Positions 26,230 through 41,600 of a DNA stretch of 64,000 bases are shown here, piece by piece. The notes under the pieces are model-generated. The model worked only from the letters and a program-made list of their open reading frames with translations. It ran no database searches and was not told where the DNA came from. Location: positions 1 through 64,000 of IMG/VR virus record IMGVR_UViG_3300046786_000157; one strand, given 5' to 3'. Both the position numbers and the translations under genes were made by a program. This stretch comes from a virus. How positions within the stretch are numbered: the stretch's first letter is position 1; each line of letters starts with the position of its first letter.

Positions 26230-29200
26230 ATGGCTACAAGTTCAAGACAATCAGCACTATTCGGCGCAAACGATTGGAAAGCGATTTATCAGACTTTCCG
26301 TGAAGCCGATTTCAGAAGTTATGACTATGAAACACTACGTAAGAGTTTCATTGATTATCTACGTGTATACTACCCCGAAACCTTTAATGACTACATTGAA
26401 TCCTCAGAATTCATTGCGTTATTAGACGTTATGGCATTTATGGGTCAGGGCCTTGCATTCCGCAATGACTTGAATACCCGTGAAAACTTCATTGATACTG
26501 CGGAACGTAGAGATAGTGTTGTTAAACTAGCAAACTTAGTAAGCTACACACCTAAACGTAACTTAGCTGGTCAAGGATACTTAAAAGTTGTTAGTTTGAG
26601 TACTAGTCAAAACGTCATTGACGTTAACGGATTGAACTTAAGCAATGTTACTGTATTGTGGAATGACCCTGCTAACCCTAATTGGTTGGAGCAGTTTAAT
26701 ACTATTATCAATGCCGCATTAATTGACTCACAACGCATCGGTCGCCCAGGAAACAGTGCTCAATTATTGGGTGTAAAGACTGATGAGTATGCATTGAATA
26801 TCCCACAGAATAGCTTACCCATTATCCCATTGACTTCATCAGTTGATGGAATCAATATGAATTTTGAACTAGTGTCTGTAACGTCAGTGGATGAAGATTA
26901 CATATACGAAATTCCTCCTGCACCTAGCGGTAAGTTCAATATGTTATATCGTAACGACAAACTAGGTTACGGTAGCCCAAACACAGGATTCTTCTTCTAC
27001 TTTAAGCAAGGATCATTGCAGAACTTTGATTTTAATTTACAGCAACAAATTTCTAACCAAGTAGTTGACATTGATATTCAAGGTATTAACAATACAGATA
27101 CTTGGTTATATCAATTAAGTACAACTAACGGTAGTGTTGGATTATGGAAAGAAGTTGAAAACGTTTATGCAGATGCATACTTACAAACCGAATCTAGTAC
27201 ACGTAAAATTTTTAGTGTAGGATCACGCTTCAACGACCAAGTTTCTTATATATTTGGTGACGGCGTATTCAGTGAAATACCAGTTGGTTCATTCAGAGCA
27301 TATGTACGTGCAGGTAATGCATTGACATATACAATTGATCCTTCTGAAATGCAAGGTATTACCGTTGCGTTCACCTATATCAATCGTGTTGGTCGTCAAG
27401 AAACACTGACAGTAGGTCTACAGTTGCAAACACCAGTATCTAACGCACAAGCACGTGAGAGTTTAGCAAATATTAAACAACGTGCTCCTACTCGTTACTA
27501 CACACAGAATCGTATGGTTAATGGTGAAGACTATAATAACTTCCCATATACATTGTACAGTTCTATTATCAAATCAAAAGCTATCAATCGTTCTAGTGTT
27601 GGTGTATCTAAAAACTTAGATATGTTAGATCCTACAGGTAAATATTCTAGTACAAACAGTTTTGCCAGCGATGGTGCATTGTATCAAGATACTAGTAACG
27701 GTTATCTAGCACTTACAATTACTACAACTGGTAGTATTATTACGTTCTTAACAGATACATTATCTGCGGTATTGTCTGCTAATAAAGCAAAACAATACTA
27801 TACTCAGTATTACAGTAGATACCCAGTAAACACTGCGTCAGGCGACGGCACTGTATATTGGAAAACAAAAACTGTAGATGCTAATAGCGAAACTGGTTAC
27901 TTCTACACATTAGATAATTCACGAGAAGTACCTATCCCAGTTGGAACATACTCGACTAATAATGTAAAGTATATTACTAAAGGTGCATTAGTACAATTCT
28001 CTGCGCCTACTGGTTATTACTTTGATGCAAATAATAGACTAGTTGCAGGTGTGCCCGGCCCGTCAGACCCTATTATACTTTGGACTACTGTGTTAAATGT
28101 TATAGGTGATGGTTATAATAACGGCACCGGTGGGTTCAGTAACGGTACTGGTCCTGTTGTGTTGAATGGTTATGTACCGAGCGCCGCAATATTAACCACT
28201 ATATTACCTACATTTGACAATACTTTGTCAGCAGAGATAATACAAGAATGTATTATCAGAATGGAACTACAACAGAATTTTTCATTAGTGTTCAACAACT
28301 CACTAACTGTAAATCAAGAACGTTGGTCAATCAAACCATATGATGACACTAATTGGTTTGTCAATTTCCAAAGTCAGTCAGCAAACAAGTATATCATCAC
28401 ATATCGTTCACTGTCTTACTATTTTGGAAGCGTTGCAGATACTAGATTTACATTTGAAGCAAACAAGTTAGTTTACGATCCATTCTCGGGTAAAATTTTA
28501 CAAGACTTCGTTAACGTCCTAAGCAGTAATACTCAACCTAGTTCTAATTATCCATTGAACAAAGACGTTAAGGTTAGTGTGATTGGTCAAACTGTAGAGT
28601 CTGATGGTTATGTAAATGACTTTGAAGTTGAAGTTGCAAGTATAGATGTAAATGATAGAACCATCATTTCTAACCCGGACTTCTTCACACAAGTTACTGG
28701 TTATGTAACTGGTAATTCCAATATTGGAATCTATGTGTTTTTTGAATTAATTGAAAACGACATAACATTAAGCACTTACCAGATCGTTCCTAGCACATCT
28801 GTAGTATACCAGTATGCAACTAAAACTCAAATTGAAGTTGCTAAGTATGAGTACCCTGAAGGGCAATTATTCTATGCGTATACCGACAATGTGTTCTACA
28901 TTACTCAGCAAGATAATGCAATCACAACGCCATATTATGTATTGATTGAACAACCACAATACTCTATTAAATTTGGTCGTCAGGGATTGTCTTATCAGTA
29001 TCGCCACAACAGCAATAATACAACACGTATTGATCCAGCGACAACAAACATTATTGATCTATACGTAGTAACACAGGCTTACTATACTGCATATCAAAAT
29101 TGGATTCAAGATACTACAAATACGATACCTATGCCTGACAAGCCAACTATTAGTGAGTTGAGTCAAGAATATAGTAAAGTACAAGATTACAAGATGTTAA

Positions 29201-29601
29201 GTGACAGCGTGGTTATGAATAGTGTAGTGTTCAAGCCATTGTTTGGACCTAAAGCAGTATCTGCGTTAAGAGCTACAGTTAAAGTTATCAAAGCATCAAA
29301 CACTAATGCAAGTGATAGTGAGATACGTAGCGCAACATTAACTACTATGAACAACTACTTCAATATTAATAATTGGAGTTTTGGTGATACGTTCTTCTTC
29401 TCTGAATTGAGTGCATATATTCATGCACAAATTGGAGAACTAGTTAGCTCAGTGGTATTAGTACCAAATGACCCTACAATGAATTTTGGAGATTTATATG
29501 AAATTAAATGTGCGCCGTATGAGATATTCGTAAACGCGGCAACCGCTAGCGATGTGGTAGTAATTTCCGCTCTAACTTCAGCCGAATTACAAATAAGATA
29601 A
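26230..29601 (+). CDS. gp6: Baseplate wedge protein
   Basis: Motifs DFRSYDYETLRKSFIDYL, ENFIDTAERRDSVVKLANLVSYTPKR and ESLANIKQRAPTRYYTQNRMVNGEDY. Confidence 0.93.
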   Translation: MATSSRQSALFGANDWKAIYQTFREADFRSYDYETLRKSFIDYLRVYYPETFNDYIESSEFIALLDVMAFMGQGLAFRNDLNTRENFIDTAERRDSVVKLANLVSYTPKRNLAGQGYLKVVSLSTSQNVIDVNGLNLSNVTVLWNDPANPNWLEQFNTIINAALIDSQRIGRPGNSAQLLGVKTDEYALNIPQNSLPIIPLTSSVDGINMNFELVSVTSVDEDYIYEIPPAPSGKFNMLYRNDKLGYGSPNTGFFFYFKQGSLQNFDFNLQQQISNQVVDIDIQGINNTDTWLYQLSTTNGSVGLWKEVENVYADAYLQTESSTRKIFSVGSRFNDQVSYIFGDGVFSEIPVGSFRAYVRAGNALTYTIDPSEMQGITVAFTYINRVGRQETLTVGLQLQTPVSNAQARESLANIKQRAPTRYYTQNRMVNGEDYNNFPYTLYSSIIKSKAINRSSVGVSKNLDMLDPTGKYSSTNSFASDGALYQDTSNGYLALTITTTGSIITFLTDTLSAVLSANKAKQYYTQYYSRYPVNTASGDGTVYWKTKTVDANSETGYFYTLDNSREVPIPVGTYSTNNVKYITKGALVQFSAPTGYYFDANNRLVAGVPGPSDPIILWTTVLNVIGDGYNNGTGGFSNGTGPVVLNGYVPSAAILTTILPTFDNTLSAEIIQECIIRMELQQNFSLVFNNSLTVNQERWSIKPYDDTNWFVNFQSQSANKYIITYRSLSYYFGSVADTRFTFEANKLVYDPFSGKILQDFVNVLSSNTQPSSNYPLNKDVKVSVIGQTVESDGYVNDFEVEVASIDVNDRTIISNPDFFTQVTGYVTGNSNIGIYVFFELIENDITLSTYQIVPSTSVVYQYATKTQIEVAKYEYPEGQLFYAYTDNVFYITQQDNAITTPYYVLIEQPQYSIKFGRQGLSYQYRHNSNNTTRIDPATTNIIDLYVVTQAYYTAYQNWIQDTTNTIPMPDKPTISELSQEYSKVQDYKMLSDSVVMNSVVFKPLFGPKAVSALRATVKVIKASNTNASDSEIRSATLTTMNNYFNINNWSFGDTFFFSELSAYIHAQIGELVSSVVLVPNDPTMNFGDLYEIKCAPYEIFVNAATASDVVVISALTSAELQIR

Positions 29602-29613
29602 GTACTATAAGTA
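29597..29613 (+). promoter_or_regulatory. Tandem late-promoter variants GATAAGTA and TATAAGTA
   Basis: Sites at 29597-29604 and 29606-29613, upstream of the giant ORF. Confidence 0.5.
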
Positions 29614-29626
29614 ATTGAGATAAACA

Positions 29627-32600
29627 ATGGCAACAAGAATCAGAACATTAAACTTTTTACCGGATATTTTTAAAACCCCAACTAACGCTCAGTTTTTAAG
29701 AGCTACATTGGATCAAATCGTAGATCAGCCGAATACGCAAAAGATTGAGGGTTACATAGGTAGTAAGTTTGGTTACGGTATTAATCCAAAAGATTATTAC
29801 GTAACAGAGCCAACCAAAACTAGAACTGATTATCAGTTAGAGCCTGGTGTCGTATTCACTAAGAATAACGAATCTACAGCACAAGATTTTATATCTTATC
29901 CTGGCATCATTGATGCACTGAAATTAGAAGGTGCAATCACCGATGATAACAATCGTCTATTCACTAGTCAATTCTATTCATGGGACTCGTTCACTAATTT
30001 AGACAAGATCATCAACTTTAACCAGTACTACTGGTTGCCAAACGGCCCAGAACAAGTTGTCGTTTCTGCGGATACTGTTTTTATCTCTACTGATTATATT
30101 GTAAATGATGCAGTAAATGGTTATAATATAACTACCCCTAATAGCGGAGCTGGATCTACAAACCCTACATTAACATTGTTGCGTGGTGGCACATATACGT
30201 TCGCAGTTAATCAAACTTCACAGTTTTGGATTCAAGGCGAGCCTGGTGTTACTGGCTACAGCCTAACACAGCCTAATGTACAGACCCGTGATGTGCTAGG
30301 TGTTACCAACAACGGTACTACCAGTGGTATTGTAACATTCACTGTTCCTAACAAAAATGCACAAGATGAGTACAACTTTCCAGGCAACAATCCAGTAGGC
30401 GTAGTAAGTACTTTACCATTTGTTCAAATTAATGGTGCAAGAGTAAGCGACATTGGTGGCATAGATGGTATAACCTCATTAGAAGGTTTGACTGTAATGT
30501 TCTACAACACAGGTGTTGTTAACGAGAGCGGTTTTATTTCTAACTTCTTTGACTATACTGCATTTGATGTAAACAATGATTTAGTTCCTGCGGCAACACT
30601 AAATGTAACAGCAACTAGCGCAACCGGTGACTTGATTACATGCAACACCACTAGCGATCTAACAGTGGGATCTACTATTACCTTTACAGGCACACCGTTT
30701 GGCGGGTTGTCTATTTACAGTGAAACACTTCCAAACACATTGTATTACGTAGAGTCTGTTGTAAATAGTACCCAGTTCACAGTTTCATTGTCACTTGGTG
30801 GCTCACCTGTAACACTAACTACTGCCACTGGATCATTAACAGCAAACATTAATCAAGGTTTGATGGAAGAAGGTTACTACACTCAAGTAAACAATACCTT
30901 TTACACTGTAACTTATGTTGGTGATCCTAGTAACCCAACAATCAGATTGCTACCTGCAGGCCCAATTCCAATCGAGCAAAAAATTATTCCTCAATATGGT
31001 ACTGAATGGATCAATAGAACATTCTACAAAGATGTTAACGGAAATATTTCACTAGTACCATACTTAAGCTGTTTACTAGACACATTGTATTATCAAGATG
31101 GTACTACTGCTAACAAAGTTGGTGTTATCAGACTTATTGATAGTAACACTACAAACAGAATAAATGTTGAAACAGATATATTAGGACGTGCAAACTACAC
31201 TGCATCAAACGGCGTTGTGTTTACGAATGGTCTTAAAGTTGTGTTTGAAGGTGATATCTATCCCGCATCGTACAAGACAGGTCAATACTATGTTGAAGGT
31301 GTTGGATCTGCTATTGAATTGATTGCAGTGAGTGATCTAATTGCTCCAGAAGCTTTCACAGTAAGCACCTACATCCCGTATGATACAACACCATATGATA
31401 TTAGTAACTTTGACAGTGATTTGTATATTCCTGTAATACCAGATTATATTACTATCGCTAGAAATAGTATCAACAAAAATGCATGGTCACGCAGTAACCG
31501 TTGGTTCCATATTGATGTTATCAATGCTTCTGCTACCTATAACAATAACCCAAGTCTAGTTACAACCTACGCAACTAACACGAATAAAGCTAAACGCCCT
31601 ATCATTGAATTCTATCCAAACTTGGCACTATTCAATTCAGGTGCGATTGGTAAAGCTCCAGTAGACTTTATTGACATGCGAACAACTGATGCATTCAGTC
31701 AAGTTGCAGGTCAAGAAAACTATTACCCTGATGTAGCATCATACACTACAGCTAGTGCGTCATTTACTGGCACGTTAATAACTGCAGGCTCATTTGTAAT
31801 TGGCAAAAAATACAAGATTGTATCATTGGGTACAACTAACTTTGTTGCAATTGGTGCTAGTGCAAACACTGTTGGAACTACCTTCACTGCAACAGGTGTT
31901 GGTTCTGGTACAGGTACTGCATCAATATATATTTCACAGACAGTCACTGCATCCAGTGGCTATCCTGCAAACACATTGACTTGCGGATCTACAAGTCAAT
32001 TTAGTGTAAATGACAAGATTGTTTTCACTGGAACAGTTTTTGGTGGTGTCACCTCAGGTGCTGTTTATTATATTAACAACATCATAGATGACTATACATT
32101 TATGATTTCTTTAGCACAAGACGGTGATGTGTTCCCGGTATCAACTGATACCGGTTCTATGACTGCAACAGTAACACCGTTGACTACAACTGTCACTGTA
32201 GCTACTGCGAATTTGTTTGGGTCAATTCAAGTTGGTCAGTATATTACTGATTCAACTAATTTGTTACCAACTAACTCTATAATTTCTGCCATCAATCAGA
32301 CAACTACCACTACTACAATTACAGTTACATGGACAAGTGATAGTTTATTCTTGACCACTGCAGTGGCTGCATTAGTCACTACTGATACAACAGTTGATAA
32401 CTATGCACTGTTTGAAGGAAGTCGAATTGTCTTTACAGTAGATGAAGATCCAGAAGTAAGAAATAAAATTTATGTAGCACACTTTTCTACAATAAGCTCA
32501 TCTGGTTCTCCTGTATTAACATTGTCAGAAGCGTCTGACGGGGAAGTATTGCCCAACGAACAAACAGTAGCATTCAGGGGCTATAATAATGCAGGAAAAG

Positions 32601-35600
32601 ATTTTCACTTTGATGGTATTGAATGGTTTAGCTCACAACAAAAAGTAAATGCAAATCAACCACCATTGTTTGATGTTTATGACAGTAACGGTATAAGCTT
32701 TGGTGATCGTTCAGTATATGTAGGTAGCTCTTTTGCAGGATCAAAATTATTCGCATATGGAATAGCCTCTGCAGGATTAGACGATACAGTCTTGGGATTC
32801 CCTGTACGTTATAGCTCAGTAGATAACGTAGGTGATATTAGCTTTGATGTATCTTTGAATTCAGACACATTTGATTATGTGAGTGGTACAAACCCAATCA
32901 CACAGAAAGTAAACACTGGTTATGTATATAACTATACTTCAACAACTTCTTATGTAAGAGAGTTGGGATGGCAAACTGCTGTAGCACCTAGTATTCAATA
33001 TCAGTTATTCCAATTAACTTATGGTCCTGAAACACTAGACACGTTCTTCTTGGACATCGCCCCGTTGGGCGAAACACAATCAGAGTGGCCTGTATTTCAA
33101 GTTTATGCTGACAATGTATTGTTAGACAGCACACAGTATTCATATACAACAAATAACAACAGTACAACTATCGTAATGTTGTACACACCTGTAACTACTC
33201 AGATAATTGAAGTAGTGATGTTAAGCGATCAAGTTAGCAAGTCAGCATTCTATACGATTCCTGTCAACTTGAATAACAACCCATTGAACGAAGACTTAAC
33301 TGTTGCAAATATTGGTGACATCCGAGGACAATATCAAAGTATTTTCTACAACAATCCAAATACTACAGGTGAAGTGTTTGGACCAAACAACTACCGTGAC
33401 TTAGGAAATGTTGTACCATGGGGTAACAAGATTATCCAGAACAGCGCATCACTAGTATTACCTAGCGTATTCTTGCGTAAACAAAACCACAATTTGTTTA
33501 ATGCGTTAATGTACAACAGCAGAGAATATATTTCTTTCAAATCATTGTTGATTGATACTGTTAATAAAACTGCATATTCTAGATTACAAACTCCTGCAGA
33601 AATGCTAGACAATGCATTGGATCAAATGGCTGCATCAAAAACAGATAGCGAACCATTCTTTTGGTCTGATATGCTTCCTTCTAAAGCCGCATATGTAGCA
33701 AACACTTATTCTTTTGCGAACTCACTTGATGTTAGTATCTATCCGTTAACAAGAGTTTATGATTTTGCAACAGCAAATTATTACGGTGTATTGGTTTACT
33801 TAGTTAGAACAACCAATGGAGTTACACAGACTACACAACTTATAAGAGATGTTGATTATACTGTAAGCGCAACAGCACCATCATTAACAGTGACACTAGA
33901 TTTGTTACCAAATGATCAGGTTATTATCAAAGAGTACAACCAAACATACGGCTCTTATGCACCTAATACCCCAACTAAAATGGGTCTATACCCTGCGTCT
34001 ATCCCGGGTGTTGTACTAGACTCATCTTATACAATCCCTACATACTTTATCAAAGGTCACGACGGATCATATAATAAGTTATACGGATCATACGATCCTA
34101 CTACTAACTCTTTGGTAGATTTTAGAGACCAAGCGTTACTTGAATACGAAACACGTGTCTACAACAACTTAAAGTTGAGCAATGTTATTCCTATTCAAGA
34201 ATACGAAGTCATGCCAGGGTTCTTTAGAAATACTGATTACTCAAACGATGAGATTTTAAAGATTTACTCAGAAACATTCTTAAACTGGGTTGGTCAGAAT
34301 AGAGTTAACTACAAACGTCAAATTTATAACAAGCAAGATCAGTATTCTTGGAATTACTATCAAAGCGGTAACAAGATTGACAAAGCAGTAATTCAACAGG
34401 GTAACTGGCGAGGTGTGTATCAGTATTTCTATGATACTACTAATCCTGATACTAGTCCTTGGGAAATGCTTGGCTTCAAAAATATGCCATCATGGTGGTC
34501 TGACAGATATGGTCCTGCACCATACACAAGTGATAACTTGGTATTATGGGGAGACTTAGCAGCCGGTATTAACTGGAACAACGGTAATCCTGTTGTGATT
34601 GAGCAAGCAATTCGTCCTCAATTATTAGAAGTTCTACCAGTTGATAGCGAAGGCAATCTAGTATCACCGTTTGTATCATTGGTTGGCAACTACAACAGTA
34701 ACATTTTCCAACGTGATTGGAAAGTGGGTGACGCGGGTCCTGCAGAATTCTCATATCGTAGAAGCAGTTCATATCCGTTTGACTTAATGCGAATACTTGC
34801 ATTAACAAAACCAGCAGAGTTTTTCAACTTGGGTGTTGACGTTGACCACTATAAGTACAACGCTGAATTCAACCAGTATTTGGTTAATAACAGAAGTCAC
34901 TTAAAGTTGAGTGATATTGATGTTTATGGCAATGGTACTGCGGTTACAAGTTATGTCAACTGGATTGTTGATTATGAAAAACAAGTAGGTGTAGATGCTA
35001 CACAGAACATCAGCGACTTGTTGAAGAATGTAGACGTTCGTTTAATATATCGTGTTGCTGGATTTACTGATAAGAACTTGTTGAAGTTCTACGTTGAAAA
35101 AGGTACTCCGAATAGCAGAAACGCATCTTTGTTGATTCCTGACGAGAGCTATTCTGTTCTGTTATATGACAATCAACCATTTGATAGAATCGTTTACAGC
35201 GGTGTTATCATTCAATTGACTAAGAACGGTTATACTGTTTTTGGTAACTCACAGTCGGATGCATATTTCACTATTCAAGATCCATTAATTAACGGTAACT
35301 ATACTACTGTAGAAGTAGATGATTTAACTGTTAAGTTGGCAAATGATTATGCTGATTCAGTATCCTACGTCCCGTACAACACTGAATTTTATACTGTACA
35401 AGAAGTATCACAGTTTATTGAAAGTTACGGTACATATCTAGAACGCCAAGGTGTTTTATTTGACCAAGTTGAAAACGGTGTCCCGGTTAACTGGAGACAA
35501 ATGGTTGCAGAATTTATGTATTGGTCTCAGACTGGTTGGCAAACAGGTAGTATTGTTACAATGAATCCAGCCGCAACATTATTGGCAATTGACAAAGAAA

Positions 35601-38600
35601 ATAGTATCGTTCAGCCATTAACATTGCGTCAACAAAACTTTATTCTCAATCAAAACTTATATCCAATTCAAGCAAAAGACATGTCAGTGTTGCGTGATGG
35701 AACTGCCTTCACTGTTCAGCCTTTAAATCAAGGTGACACTGTTGCATACGGTCAATTCAATATGAGTAACTTTGAACATGGTATTGTTTTCGACAACGTT
35801 ACACTATTCAATGACATCATTTACAATACTATCACCGGCTTACGTCAAACACGTATCCTAACTAAAGGTACAAAGACTGCTGAATGGAACGGTACAGTTG
35901 ATGCACAGGGCTTTATTCTGAATCAAGATAATATTCAAGAGTGGAACAAAGAAGTCAAGTATACAACTGGTTCTATTGTAAAGTACAAAAACAAATATTG
36001 GATTGCTACCAAGATCATTCAAGCAAAAGAATTGTTTGAAGAACGTGACTGGAAGCAAACAGATTATAACGAAATTCAAAAAGGTTTGTTACCTAATAGT
36101 TCTACTCGTTCATACGAATCTACACTATATTATGATGTAAACAAGGCTAACTTAGAAAACGATGCCGACTTATTAAGCTTTAGCTTGATAGGCTACAGAC
36201 CACGTGACTACATGGCTCTTGCTGATTTAACCGACATTACTCAAGTCAATGTTTATAAGAACATGATTAAAAACAAAGGTACTCGTAATGCTACTAATGC
36301 ATTCAAGGGTGCTAACTTACCGCAAGGTGGAATTGACTATGAGCTTTTTGAAAACTGGGCTATATTGTCAGGTGAGTTTGGTGGTGTATTAAACAGCAAC
36401 TTTGTTGAATTCAAAATCAATGAAAAATATATGACTGGTAACCCTTCAATTGTTGGCTTGACAAGAGCGACACCTGATGAAGGCGTACAACAAGAAGTAC
36501 CTATATATTCATTATTCAACTACGGTCGTCCTGTAACAGATGCAAACATATTGCCTACTGTCCCTACAAATACCCCTTCAACTATATTCCCTGATGCCGG
36601 TTATGTAAACTTCAATGATGTAAAAATGGTATCATATTTTTACAACAACATGGCTTCAGCAATTAACCAGAACGGAACAGTAATACCGTTGGATGATTTC
36701 TATGTACGTGATTATGTATGGCTTGCAGATTACTTGGGTACATGGCAAGTTTACACACCAACATCAATGGGTCAAGTAGTAACTGCAAAGAATAACTTGA
36801 ATGGAACAGTTACATTAACTTTTGCAACACCTCATAATTTATCAAAGTACGAAGCGTTTGCAGTTGTAAACTTTGATGTTAGCATTAACGGTTACTATAT
36901 AACAACCTTGGTGATTGACCCTTACAGAGTTATTATCAACTTGAATTTGAACCCTAATATTTTAAATGTTACTGGTCAAGGCATCGGATTTAAATTCCAA
37001 TCTCAACGTGTAGCAACACCAGCAGACATCGCTAATTTACCATTACTAGATAGCGAGTTTATAAAGAACAAAGTTTGGGTAGATGCCAATGATGACGGTG
37101 CATGGGCAGTGTATCGTAAAGGTATTAACTACCAATACGAGTCTGAAATCACAAAGGAGAACACTGTAACATTTGGTAGTGCAGTAGCATATACTTCTAC
37201 TCTAGGTTATTTAATCAGTGATGCAGGTGATGGTAAAGCATATCGCTATACATACAATGATTTAACCAACGTATACAATTTAGTACAGACAATTTCTCAT
37301 GGTACATCATTTGGTACAGCAATCGCATACGCAGACAATATCTTTGCTATTTCTGAACCAACAACTGCGGCACAAGTTCACATATACGACTTGCAGAATA
37401 CAACATTAGTTGATGATTTGATTGTATATCAAAGTCCAATAACTGCATTAGGTGGTTCTACTAACTGGGGAAGCGCAGTTGCGATTTCCGGTGATAAGAA
37501 TTGGTTGTTTATTTCTGCTACAGATTTGAACAGAGTATACGTTTATCGTCTATCACAAGTCACTAGTGAGTATGAGTACATAACATATTTGACTGTTGCC
37601 GGATTGACAACAGGTGATTTGTTTGGTTATAGCATCGCTACTGATTACTACGGTGATACTGTTGTAATTTCTGCTCCAGGTAAAGATTATAGTGCAACTA
37701 TAGATAACTGGGGTTACACTTACGTATTCGACCGCTCGATTCAAAATATTGAAGCACTGTATACTACCCCTGTGTTAAGTTCACAAAACTTCACATTAGC
37801 ATGGACACCTAGTACAATTACTACTACTGCAACAGCTACAGTTGATTCTACAAATAGAATTACTTGCACAAGCACTGCAGGATTTGTTGGTGGCACATTA
37901 GGTCAACCGGTAATATTCTCTGGTAGTGTGTTGCCAAACAGCAATATAGATCCAAACACTGTTTATTATATCAAAACAGTAGTGGATGCCACACACTTCA
38001 CTATATCATTAACTAGAAACGGTGATGTATTTGATGTAACCACAGACTCTGGAAGTATGATTGTCAATGTACAAAGTACTCCGTTGTATGTAAGTGTCAA
38101 TGGTACTATATTAGAGGACAATGACTATGCTGTGATAGGTAATACAATTTCTATTGTTAAATCAATCAATGCAGGTGACATTGTAAATGTAAGTGGAAAC
38201 CAATTCACACAAGTTCAAGTATTGACTACTGAAGCTACTCCTAGAGTGGGCGTACACTTTGGTCAAAGCGTTGATACAACTACATATGCTAGTGAAATTA
38301 TTGTAGGTGCACCGTTTGCACTCAATAGTGAGAATCAAGAAGGTGCAGTATACCGCTATACTAATGGCGGCGGCAAGTATGGAGTAATCATAGGTACATC
38401 TAACTGTAGCTTAACTGTTGCTAGAAATGTTCTTATCAATGGTTACTTAGTTTCTATACCCGCAGGAGATGCAGTAGTAGCTTCTAACTATATTAATAGT
38501 TCTAAAATTACTAATGTTCAAGCTAGTGCATTTAATGGCAAACTAGTTATCAGTTTGATTGACAATAATTTAGCAACACCTAATGAAAAATTAATATTAG

Positions 38601-41600
38601 CTGTTACTGATTCTGCAACATTAGCTGAATTAGGAATTTCTATATTCACTCAAACACAAGTTGTTACTTGCCCTCACAAGACAGGCCCAACTCAGTTTGG
38701 TAACGTAGTTAAGTTTAACCAAGCTGGATCATTCGTAGCTAGCGCACCAACAGGAACACGATATGTATCAACTACATTTGATTTCTCTGACGATGAAAAT
38801 CAAGATGATGATACTATATTTGACAACAACACTACACAGTGGGTTGACTCATATCCGTACGCAGGTGCAGTATATATGTTTGACTACTTGGCTGTTGATA
38901 ATGAATCATTATTGACTCCTGGCAAATTTGCATATGCACAAAGCGTTAACGCATTGAATCAAGAGTATGGTGCACAGCCATTGTATGGTCATGCAGTTGA
39001 CTTCTCTGACTATCACGTGATTGTAGGTACACCTAACTTTACGTCAGGTGATAGCAACGGTCAAGTTATTACGTATATCAATGCGTCCGGTCAACAAGAT
39101 TGGTCTGTGTACAGAAGTTCATCTCCAGTAGTTGACATTAACAGAATACAGAATATTCAATTGTTCAGTGCAGAGACTAACAACACACTTGATAACTTAG
39201 ATTACATTGATCCGTTGCAAGGAAAAATATTAGGATCAGTTAGAGAAAACATTGACTTTATATCTAACATTGATCCAGCTGGTTACAACACTACTCCTGT
39301 AGCTGATTCAACACAGCGTCCATTAGCATGGACTGCTAATAAAGTTGGTCAGATATGGTTTGACACATCTGCGGTAAGATTTGTAAACTATCATCAAAAT
39401 GATAATACTTATAATAGTAAGTACTGGTCTACATTGTTCCCTGGTAGTAATGTAGCAGTTTACACATGGATTTCAAGTAACGTCCCTCCTAGTTCATATA
39501 CAGGTCCTGGTGTACCATATGATAGAACAGTTTACTCAGTTGATTATATATCTAATCCTTCTGGTTCATTGACACCAGTATATTTCTTCTGGGCTCGTAA
39601 CACAAATATCATATTTGAAAATATTGGTAAGACATTAGCTGACTCTGTAATTCAAGCCTACATCCTATCACCAAAGAGTTCGGGCATTGCATACTTCACA
39701 CCGTTATTACCTAACGTGTTTGGATTGTACAACTGTTCTTCATATATCAATGCCAACGACACTGTGTTGCACATTGGATATTCAACAGGAACTAACGATG
39801 ATGTATCTCACTCTCGTTATTCATTGATACGTGCAAATTATGCTGACGATTTCTTGCCCGGTTTACCAACAACAACGTCAACTGATACTCCGCAATATCT
39901 ATACGACAGAATGCTAGACAGCATGTGTGGTGTAGACGAAACAGGTGCAGTTGTTCCTAACCCATACTTACCAAAAGCAGTACAGTTGGGTGTATTGGTT
40001 CGCCCACGCCAAAGCTTCTTCATTAATAGATTCTTGGCTCTTAAGAATTATTTGACATATGCAAACGAGATACTATCATTGTATCCTATCACAGAGACTA
40101 GACAAAGTGCATTCTTGAACAAGTCTGGTGAATTCTATAATACTAGTGATTATTGGAATTATGTTAACTGGTGGGCTGTTGGATACAATGACAACACTAA
40201 GTCTGCTGTGCAAGTACCTATCTATGCTGATTTGGCTGCGCTAGAAGTATCTAGTGGTACTATTGCTAGAGTTGCCGCAAACGGCGATGGTAAATCAGAA
40301 ACATATGTTAAGAATACTGACGGAACATGGACTCGTATTGGATTGACTGATGGTACAATCGCATTTAGTAGCGCATTGTGGGATTATGCTGAAGCTAGAT
40401 TAGGCTTTGGTGATAATTTCTATGATACTAACGTATATGATGAGTATCCATCTGAACAAACACGCTATATCATTAGAGCATTGAACGAGCAAATTTATAT
40501 CAACGACTTGTTGATATATCGTAACAAGAGTTTGATTCTAATGTTCGAATACATTCAATCTGAAACAATTGAATCACAAAATTACTTGCCATGGTTGAAC
40601 AAGACTTCATTCATTGACGTAGCACATACTATTCGTGAGTTGCTACCATTAGAAGTATTCCAATCTGACAATCAAGATTTCTTATCTGGTTACATTAACG
40701 AAGTTAAACCATACCATGTAGTAGTTAAAGAATTCCTATTCAAGTATACTAAGACTGATGTATATGAGGGCGACATCACTGATTTTGATCTACCTGCAAA
40801 ATACAACACAACACTTGAAAAGTTTATCACACCTGAGTTAGTCTATTCTAATCCAAGCTCTGATAATCAATATCTTCCTTCTGACGCTATTTGGAACGAT
40901 CCTGCATACTCTCAGTGGTTTAATAATTACGGAGTGACCCTCACTGGTCAGCCTGACTACCCTATATCAATGTTAGCAACATACATTGCACTAAACACTA
41001 ATGCATTTGCAGTTGATAATGCATATGGATTCCCGATAAATGGTGTAGTTAAGATCGGAACTGAATTAATTGGATACTCTGATGTTGATAGAAACTTAAA
41101 CGTCATCAGTGGTTTGACACGAGGCGTTGATGGTACAGCTATAACAACACACATTCCGGGTGAAACTATAAGTATGGACTTACCTGCTGTGTTAGTATTA
41201 AATGGTGGCCGAGGATATGCAGAGCCTCCAAAGGTAACAGCATACATTGACACTACAATCTATCCTGAGCCGGATGAAGTTGCACAATTGGTTGCAGTTA
41301 TGAATCTTGACTCTGTATTGAGCATTGAAGTAGTTAACCCGGGTAAGGGCTATGCAGTTCTCCCAGAGATTATTATTGATAGTGCAGTTAATGTGACATT
41401 CTCATCTAGTGAAGTTAGTGTTACTACTAATACGATTCAATTGTATGCACCGTTGCTAGCAACCGGTGATATTGTCAAATATGATGTTATGGATGGTACA
41501 ACTCCTATTCAAGGTTTGGCAGTTGGTCAGTGGTATTATGTAAGAGTATTGGAAACTGTGCCTACAGTTACTGTAGGCTTATACAGCAGATATAACAATG